A program made the translations under genes and the position numbers. The notes under the pieces were generated by a model that was given only the letters and a program-made list of their open reading frames with translations, did not search any database and had not been told where the DNA came from. Positions 57,668 to 64,000 of a stretch of DNA of 64,000 nucleotides are shown here, one piece after another; position 1 is the first letter of the stretch; the number at the start of each line of letters is the position of its first letter. This DNA comes from Promethearchaeota archaeon. Lineage in GTDB: Archaea; Asgardarchaeota; Lokiarchaeia; Sigyniarchaeales; SOKP01. The stretch lies in assembly GCA_016839765.1 (NCBI GenBank), contig JAEOTP010000016.1:1-64000 (forward strand), given 5' to 3'.

Positions 57668-58660
57668 CTAAGACCATATTATTTTTTCATATTTGCATTT
57701 AGTACATTCTACGGATTCCCCTTTTTTTGGAAAAAAAGGTAAGACGGTTCCACAATAATTGCATTCTAAATCATAAATTTGGTCTAAAGTTTCTATTATA
57801 TTTTCAATTACTAATCGATTTGAGAATTCAGTTACGAAATTTGTTAAAATAGAAATAATTATATGAGGATTTTGGGAAGCTACCAACACCTCGATCTTAT
57901 TAGATTTAAGTTGTCCAATTACTAATAGATCAGCCCCTGAAACTAACTCTGTTCCGAAATACCAAGCAATTCTTTTCTCATTATCTTTAATAATTAGTTG
58001 AAAGTTGTGATCTTCAATTGTTTGGTTAAGTTGATAAAATAAATAATCGAAATCATGAATGTTTTCGATACCAATTCCAAAACTCTTAATGCCCCGCTTT
58101 ATATCTGTTAATTGAAGAAAGCTCCGTACTTCAGAGCTAGGTAAAATTTTTCTTTCGACAGAGATTGGATCAAATTTTATTGTAACGGGGTCTGAGTCAA
58201 GAGCTCGTACAAAATCTGCATTATTTATGAAAGTAACGTATGATCTAATTTCGCCATTTTCTTCTAATAACAATGGAGTAAAAAAATTATTTATTTGCTT
58301 TTGGGAATTTTCATCTAATTTTTCAAACTCAATTCGAATCTGCTTTTCATTTTCTTCAATTAAATCAGAATCTATAATAACCTTTGGTGGGTTACTCCTA
58401 TTTAGTTGTAAAAAGTCGGGATATCTTATTCTAATTTTAATTTCTGTAATAGGAGCCATACTTTGGTTGATAATAAGGAGTGAATAAAGGTAATTTCCTC
58501 CAAAAGGTTCTAGCTTACATACTAATTTTATCTTATTCTCTTGATCTATATATTCTAATGATACTACTTCTTGTTTTTGAGTTTGTTGTGATTTAACATC
58601 TCTAAATACGACTAATCCTTGAATGTCTTTTGGATTGTTATCATCAGGGTTATTTTTCAT
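57668..58660 (-). CDS. Ig-like + platform-like domain protein with C-terminal zinc ribbon (adaptin/coatomer appendage-like)
   Basis: Beta-rich LIINQSMAPITEIKIRIRYP...; alpha/beta second domain; CNYC...CTKC. Confidence 0.5.
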   Translation of the reverse strand: MKNNPDDNNPKDIQGLVVFRDVKSQQTQKQEVVSLEYIDQENKIKLVCKLEPFGGNYLYSLLIINQSMAPITEIKIRIRYPDFLQLNRSNPPKVIIDSDLIEENEKQIRIEFEKLDENSQKQINNFFTPLLLEENGEIRSYVTFINNADFVRALDSDPVTIKFDPISVERKILPSSEVRSFLQLTDIKRGIKSFGIGIENIHDFDYLFYQLNQTIEDHNFQLIIKDNEKRIAWYFGTELVSGADLLVIGQLKSNKIEVLVASQNPHIIISILTNFVTEFSNRLVIENIIETLDQIYDLECNYCGTVLPFFPKKGESVECTKCKYEKIIWS

Positions 58661-58786
58661 GGCACTATTAGTATATAACCGACATAAAGAATTTCTATCG
58701 TTATTATTAAAAAAGAATATTCTTCCTTTTATTTTTTTTGACCTTATATTTTTTTTATATATGGATTCTAAATATATATAAAGGTT

Positions 58787-59482
58787 ATGAAAGATTTTGA
58801 AGAATTAGATCCTCTCTTTGAGAGCAAAACAATTAAACCTTCTTTCGATTATGTTCATGTTATTTTAGCTATATTATTATTTGGAGATAACCCTGAAGGT
58901 TTGGGAAGATATCGTCTAAAAGAAGAATTAATAATAGGAGGAGGTACAGCAAAATCTCTTGTTAAAAAATTAAAGGAAGAGGGCGGTTTTATAGAAGTTC
59001 ATGTTAAGAATAGTAATAATAAGCAACAAATAAAGTCAAAAGGACATGTGTTGACTGAAAGGGGTCTACAGATTCTAATGAAAATTAAAAATAAAATCCC
59101 CTTATTAGATGAAGGAGATGTTTCTAGTTTAAAAAATTTCATAATCAATTCTGAGATTTCAAAATTATATTATTGTTTGGTTAGAGGTGCTGCTGATCGT
59201 TTAAAAAGTGGTGTTGAACAAAGAGATGCCGCAATTAGATTAGGGGGATTAGGAGCTACTTGCCTTATTTATAATGGAAATGAATTATTATTTCCCTCGT
59301 TTTCCTCAGGACAGGAAAATTATGGAGTAAAAATAAACGATAAAGTTCAATTATACTTCAAAACAAAATTAGTTAATGTAAATATATCTTTTGAAAGAGG
59401 AGATGTTATTATTATAGGATCTGGTGTTAATATAAGAAAAGCAAGGTTAGCGGCTTTGAATGCTGCACTAACTTTATTATAA
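58787..59482 (+). CDS. wHTH protein of DUF4443/DUF2111 type
   Basis: LGRYRL.EEL.IGGG..KSL, GHVLTERG, GVEQRDAAIRLG..GAT. Confidence 0.75.
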   Translation: MKDFEELDPLFESKTIKPSFDYVHVILAILLFGDNPEGLGRYRLKEELIIGGGTAKSLVKKLKEEGGFIEVHVKNSNNKQQIKSKGHVLTERGLQILMKIKNKIPLLDEGDVSSLKNFIINSEISKLYYCLVRGAADRLKSGVEQRDAAIRLGGLGATCLIYNGNELLFPSFSSGQENYGVKINDKVQLYFKTKLVNVNISFERGDVIIIGSGVNIRKARLAALNAALTLL

Positions 59483-59487
59483 AGAGG

Positions 59488-59997
59488 GTGCTATATATTA
59501 GAAACTTAAAATTTGAGAAAGATATAAAACTTTTCATCAATCAAGATATTTATAAAAAGATAGAACAATGTGTTGATAAAGCTTATCCTAACGAGGCATG
59601 TGGTCTAATTTATGGAAAAATTGAAGAAATCAAGAAAATCAATTTCGAAAATGATTATTCTTATTATTATTATACTAAAAAATTTGAGTGTATAGAATCC
59701 TCATTTGAAAGTCCTGTAGCTTTTCTAATGGATGATTATCTCAAATTAAAAGAAATATCTGAAAAATTTTTAAAAAACTTCAATTTACAATTAATAAGTA
59801 TCTTTCATTCTCATCCAGGTGGAGCTTATCCAAGTGGCGTTGATATACCATATATGAGAAGTTACTATGAAGGTAAAATTATAAAATTTAAACATATTAT
59901 TTGGACAATAATGGATGCTCAAAACAAAGTATTAAATGGTTTTATCTATATTTTTGATGAACTTAGACAAATTAATATAGATTTTCTTAAGAAGTAG
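59488..59997 (+). CDS. JAMM/MPN+ metalloprotease
   Basis: PNEACG; FHSHP...PS..D. Confidence 0.9.
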   Translation: MLYIRNLKFEKDIKLFINQDIYKKIEQCVDKAYPNEACGLIYGKIEEIKKINFENDYSYYYYTKKFECIESSFESPVAFLMDDYLKLKEISEKFLKNFNLQLISIFHSHPGGAYPSGVDIPYMRSYYEGKIIKFKHIIWTIMDAQNKVLNGFIYIFDELRQINIDFLKK

Positions 59998-60011
59998 TTA
60001 TTTAAAAAAAA

Positions 60012-60653
60012 TCATTGAATTTGTTTATAACCATCTTTAGTAATAATACATAATTGAATTTTAAATCCAGATGCAGCGTCTCTTTCACGAGAGCTAGAAA
60101 TAGCTGTTTTCACTAATTCAATTCCTACATTTGAAGTCATACCAGGCTTCCAATCAGCTTCTAATACACCTAAGGAGAAAGGTCCTCCAGACCCAAAAGC
60201 TATAAAATTTTCTTCTTCATAAAGGGTGCCTAACAAGTCAACTCCATAAAGTTTACCCTTCTTCTCTTTTACTGAGTAACCCCCAATTATCATCATAGCG
60301 AGATAATATGATCTGCCACTGAATAAAATGTTTCTTGTAACGCTAGCAATATGCTTAGGCTCAGGAACTTTTTCCTCTTCAACTTCTTTTAATTTAGATA
60401 ATGCTGTGAGTTGATTAACTATATACTGGCAATCCGCTACCCCTCCAGAAATAGTTGCACATGTATAATCATTTATCTTAAAAAGTTTCTGAGCTTGTTT
60501 TGTAGCAACAGTATATCCTGCAGTAGCTTGAGATTCCGTTCCTACTACGATACCATCCTTTACGATTATTCCAACCGTTGTAGTACTTGATTTAATGATT
60601 TTTTCTAAAGAATTTTTATCTAAATTTAATTTTTTTGCAATATTTTCCATCAT
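60012..60653 (-). CDS. psmB: Proteasome beta subunit
   Basis: TTTVGI, ES QATAG, K, SGGVAD, GSG, RDAASG. Confidence 0.93.
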   Translation of the reverse strand: MMENIAKKLNLDKNSLEKIIKSSTTTVGIIVKDGIVVGTESQATAGYTVATKQAQKLFKINDYTCATISGGVADCQYIVNQLTALSKLKEVEEEKVPEPKHIASVTRNILFSGRSYYLAMMIIGGYSVKEKKGKLYGVDLLGTLYEEENFIAFGSGGPFSLGVLEADWKPGMTSNVGIELVKTAISSSRERDAASGFKIQLCIITKDGYKQIQ

Positions 60654-60817
60654 TTTTCTATTATACTTTAAATTACTTTTCTGATAAACTAATTGTTATA
60701 ATGAATAAATTAATTTTTAGTATATTTATTTTACTTTTACAGATTATAAACATTTAAATACAAAAATTTTAAAGAAATCATTACCTTTACTACTTACTAA
60801 TTTAATGATGGTATGTC

Positions 60818-61195
60818 ATGGCTCGTTCTCAAGCAAGATCAAAAAGAAAATACACAGGAAAAAAATATAAACACTTTAGAAAGAAGAGAAAAAGAGAATT
60901 AGAACGCCCTCCCATAGAAACCAGAGTAGGAGAAGAAAAGAAGAAAAAGCAGAGAGTATTGGGAGGAAATCAAAAGCTTAAATTATTTTCATCTCTATAC
61001 TTGAATGTTACAGATCCTAATAGCAATCAAACTTCCAAGGTGAGAATTTTAAGATTTGATAGTAATGACGCTTCTAAGGATTATAACCGAAGACACATTT
61101 TAACTAAAGGTGCGATTGTTGAAACAGAGCTAGGAAAAGCAAAAGTAACATCTAGACCCGGACAGCACGGAGTTTTAAATGGTGTTTTAATCTAA
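60818..61195 (+). CDS. rps8e: 30S ribosomal protein S8e
   Basis: RKKRKRELER, RVLGGN, TKGAIVET.LG.A.VTSRPGQHG. Confidence 0.97.
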   Translation: MARSQARSKRKYTGKKYKHFRKKRKRELERPPIETRVGEEKKKKQRVLGGNQKLKLFSSLYLNVTDPNSNQTSKVRILRFDSNDASKDYNRRHILTKGAIVETELGKAKVTSRPGQHGVLNGVLI

Positions 61196-61567
61196 TTATT
61201 CTTGAATCTTTATATTTTTAACATTTGCTTTCTTACCTTCAACTATTTCTGTGTTTTTACTCTCACAAAACTTACATTGAAATAATTGAAGTCCAGTTAA
61301 TTGAGCTTCTTCACTTAAAGTTACTGTTGATACTTTTCCACATTCCCTACATTTTATTTTACCAGGTACGATCTCAATTTTTAATTCTGCTCCCTCTGCA
61401 ATTGAGCCAGAAGTTGCCATCTTAAATGATTGGCGTAGAAGTTGGGGAACAATTAAAGTTAATTCACCAACTTCTAAATATACTTCAGTAATTTTTTGAG
61501 CATTATATTTTAGAGCAGTAGCTTCTGCTATTTTAAAAATATCATAGGCAAAGGCAAATTCATGCAT
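61196..61567 (-). CDS. hypA: Hydrogenase maturation nickel metallochaperone
   Basis: MHE N-terminus, VGEL, CREC, CKFC. Confidence 0.93.
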   Translation of the reverse strand: MHEFAFAYDIFKIAEATALKYNAQKITEVYLEVGELTLIVPQLLRQSFKMATSGSIAEGAELKIEIVPGKIKCRECGKVSTVTLSEEAQLTGLQLFQCKFCESKNTEIVEGKKANVKNIKIQE

Positions 61568-61576
61568 AATAACGAT

Positions 61577-61873
61577 TTATCTCTTGGATTGTGTCTTTTT
61601 TAATTCCTTTGCTAATTCAATTAATACTTTAGATTTTTTCTTTCCTTTAGTATCTACTAAGATTCTTCCTGGTTCATCCCACCAAGTTCTCGAATATTTA
61701 TAATTCTTTTCATGTTGAACATTATACCCTAAACGCTTAGCAGCATTGTAAAGATCATTTGAATGTATTTTTTCTACGGCAAATTTTCTAGGAATACGCC
61801 TACCCTCTGCTCTACTCCTCTTTAAATCAAAATATTGAGGCCAGAAGATAATAAAAGGTTTCCGAGAGCGCAT
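61577..61873 (-). CDS. srp19: Signal recognition particle protein SRP19
   Basis: WPQYFD..RSRAEGRRIP..AV, W..PGRILV. Confidence 0.95.
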   Translation of the reverse strand: MRSRKPFIIFWPQYFDLKRSRAEGRRIPRKFAVEKIHSNDLYNAAKRLGYNVQHEKNYKYSRTWWDEPGRILVDTKGKKKSKVLIELAKELKKTQSKR

Positions 61874-62059
61874 GAAATTATCAAGGTTTTCTATTTTTAA
61901 AAATTATAAGTTTAAAAACCCTCTAAAGAATTTAAAAATTATTAGTACATTGTATAAGGATAATTAAAAATAAATAGAATTTAAGATTTTTAAGTATACA
62001 AAACTAAGATAACGCTATTCCAAGTTCTAAACTCTGAAACTGACATCCCTTTTTTGAAT

Positions 62060-62163
62060 GGGAGGGTGGTCTAGCTTGGTATGATACATTAGCTTGGTTC
62101 TTTCAAACTAAATCTAATCGGCTGGGGGCCGAGTGGTCGGGGGTTCAATTCCCCCCTCTCCCA
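62060..62163 (+). tRNA. tRNA-Pro(GGG) with non-canonical 30-nt intron at 27/28 (62088-62117)
   Basis: GGGAGGG/CTCTCCC-A acceptor; after splicing CTCGG-CTGGGGG-CCGAG anticodon arm; GGGGG-TTCAATT-CCCCC T arm; relaxed BHB (TGAT/ATCT, bulges AC^A and AA^T, TTAG/CTAA). Confidence 0.9.
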
Positions 62164-62287
62164 TCAACTTTTTTTAAAATATTTTTCTATAAATAACAAT
62201 TATTAAATTATCGATTGGTGTAACTTTTTAAGTATCATTATGTTATTTTTTAATTAAAAACCATTTTTATAAGAGAGTGATTCTAAC

Positions 62288-62593
62288 ATGAGTGAAATTC
62301 AAGAAACAGATAAAGCTATGCGAGTTTTCGCAGTTATTGGGGGAATTGTTTCTATTATAGAAACTATCTTAATAATGACCGGAACAGCGATATTGCCTTA
62401 CGCGGGAATATGGGGGATTTGGGTGTTGATCTTATCGCTATTGGTTTCAGTTTTAGTGATTGGATTAGGGATTAGGCCAATTCATTATACTCCAACATTT
62501 CTAGGAATCTTAGGAGTAGGCTTAATTGTCTGTGCTGTTTTGATTGGGGGGATTATAGTACTTTTAGCCACACTTATTGGAGCCATTAGTTAG
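62288..62593 (+). CDS. Small integral membrane protein
   Basis: 101 aa, 3-4 hydrophobic helices. Confidence 0.75.
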   Translation: MSEIQETDKAMRVFAVIGGIVSIIETILIMTGTAILPYAGIWGIWVLILSLLVSVLVIGLGIRPIHYTPTFLGILGVGLIVCAVLIGGIIVLLATLIGAIS

Positions 62594-62619
62594 TATTTCA
62601 AATTATATTTTTTCCTTTT

Positions 62620-63483
62620 TTATTGATTTAAGTTTACTAGTGCTAGGCTGAGTATTAAAGCACCTTCTATTTCAGATGTTTTACCTACTCTTGATGTATC
62701 TATGATTGTAGAATCTAAACCCACATAAATAGCTCCATATGCTTTACCACCACCTAAATGAACTAAGGTACGATAGATTAAGTTTCCAGAAATACCGTCT
62801 GGAGCAATGATTAAATTTGATTTATTTTTAAGGCTGGCTTCGATTAATATTTCATCATGTTTAATATTCAATTTAGGATATTTATCCTTAAGATGGTTTA
62901 CTATTTGTTTAGCTATAGTAATAGTTTTATCCACATATACATCACGGCCAATATCACCAAGCCTACCTCCACTCAAAATACTTATTCCTGGCTCAATGTC
63001 TAAAGATTGAAATAGGATAATCGCATTTTCAATAAAATGAATTTTTTTTTGATAATCATTGCACTCATCAATGCCAACAGGTCCAAAAAAGAATTGTTTT
63101 CCATCAAAAGACTCAAGTAAAGCTAAACGGTTTATTTCTGAAATGTTTAATTTGTGCTTTAAATGCATTAAAAATTTACTAGAACTCAAATTTCCCCTTA
63201 TTATAGCATTTATGATATTTTCTTTTAAATAATATATAATTTCTTCTTCTGGCTCACTACTTTCGATTAATTCAATATTATTTTTAGAAGTGCTTGAATT
63301 GTTTAATATTTGTGATACTGCTTTTGGTTCACCAAAAAAATAGATTTTCGATGAATTTTTCTTTAAAAAATATTGAGTTGTTTTAAAAACTTTTAAATTT
63401 TGAGATTGCTCACTTCCAAGACCAATTCCAATATTAGCAATTTTTCCTTTGGCTAATGATTCAAAAAAATTTAAAATATTCAT
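62620..63483 (-). CDS. MtxX-like protein (methanogenesis marker 4, phosphate acyltransferase-like fold)
   Basis: RGNL, PVGIDE, ILSGGRLGDIGR, ILIE, APDGISGNLIYRTL, IDTSR. Confidence 0.85.
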   Translation of the reverse strand: MNILNFFESLAKGKIANIGIGLGSEQSQNLKVFKTTQYFLKKNSSKIYFFGEPKAVSQILNNSSTSKNNIELIESSEPEEEIIYYLKENIINAIIRGNLSSSKFLMHLKHKLNISEINRLALLESFDGKQFFFGPVGIDECNDYQKKIHFIENAIILFQSLDIEPGISILSGGRLGDIGRDVYVDKTITIAKQIVNHLKDKYPKLNIKHDEILIEASLKNKSNLIIAPDGISGNLIYRTLVHLGGGKAYGAIYVGLDSTIIDTSRVGKTSEIEGALILSLALVNLNQ

Positions 63484-63503
63484 AAAACACTAAAATATGC
63501 AAT

Positions 63504-64000
63504 TTAAATAAGACTAAAATAGATATAAGCTATAATTATCGTTATTGCATTATAAAAACCATGCATAATAATAACAGCAATAAGATTTTCTTTTCTCCAA
63601 TAAAATAAAAATCCCAACAATAGGGATAATGCAAAGTATGGGAAAAAGTTTAGTAAAAAAGAAAGTAGATAATCTATTGGAGTAGCATTTCCTATTTGGA
63701 AAATTCCTATTAAATGGATTAAGGAGAAGAGTACTGCTGTGATAATAAGCCCTCCGTATTTTCCAACAGTCCTTACTAAACCTTTTTGCATGAATCCTCT
63801 AAATAACAATTCTTCTGAAGTACCGACGATTGATATCATAATAATAGCCAGAAATATCAGAGCTAAAATGTCAGAATTAGCAAGAATTATATCTATTTCA
63901 TTTAATGATCCACCTCCCGTAAATACAATATCCACACCAAGAATTAATTCCAAAATAATTTCAATAAGGAATGACACTAAAAACACTAAAATTATTCCCA
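63504..64000 (-). CDS. CPBP/Abi-family intramembrane metalloprotease (5' end outside window)
   Basis: EELLFRG, FSLIH, IMHGFYN. Confidence 0.88.
   Translation of the reverse strand, partial: GIILVFLVSFLIEIILELILGVDIVFTGGGSLNEIDIILANSDILALIFLAIIMISIVGTSEELLFRGFMQKGLVRTVGKYGGLIITAVLFSLIHLIGIFQIGNATPIDYLLSFLLNFFPYFALSLLLGFLFYWRKENLIAVIIMHGFYNAITIIIAYIYFSLI

Noticed and set aside
657-63010. Short ORF-track entries overlapping longer genes (e.g. 657-917, 1600-1821, 8719-9102, 12617-13018, 16679-17056, 38347-38766, 43112-43456, 56585-56815)
   Set aside because: Antisense or alternate-frame shadows or low-complexity AT-rich ORFs with no motifs.
1-64000. CRISPR arrays, transposases, integrases, rRNA
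   Set aside because: None recognised; the tRNA 3' ends show no att-like duplication within the window.

Overview
AT-rich (roughly 30% GC by eye) archaeal chromosome segment, most likely Lokiarchaeia (Asgard/Promethearchaeota). The evidence is an archaeal histone, rpS8e, SRP19, proteasome beta, JAMM, Hef helicase, roadblock and longin/uDENN-like proteins, Loki-CTERM-like tails and BHB-intron tRNAs. It holds about 50 CDSs and two tRNAs: His(GUG) with two non-canonical introns and Pro(GGG) with one. Main discovery: a protein-coding gene (CCG-domain Fe-S oxidoreductase, 16144..17440, minus strand) is interrupted inside its CxxCxxC motif by a 61-nt frameshifting insert. The insert resolves into two abutting bulge-helix-bulge (BHB) introns of 30 and 31 nt that appear to need ordered splicing. 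Removing both at standard BHB cut sites restores the frame and gives C-M-G-C-G-D-C. All five introns in the window are 30-31 nt. Other highlights: a six-gene ABC operon with unusual fusions (extracellular prenyltransferase-repeat barrel + ATPase, UBC/UEV-like + degenerate ATPase, longin + TM); a 1468-aa tail-anchored coiled-coil/PCI-like protein; a membrane-anchored C13/caspase-fold protease; probable ATA/ATT start codons; a duplicated promoter flanking an inserted surface-protein gene; and a candidate hairpin ncRNA. All calls come from reading the sequence; no searches or folding programs were run.
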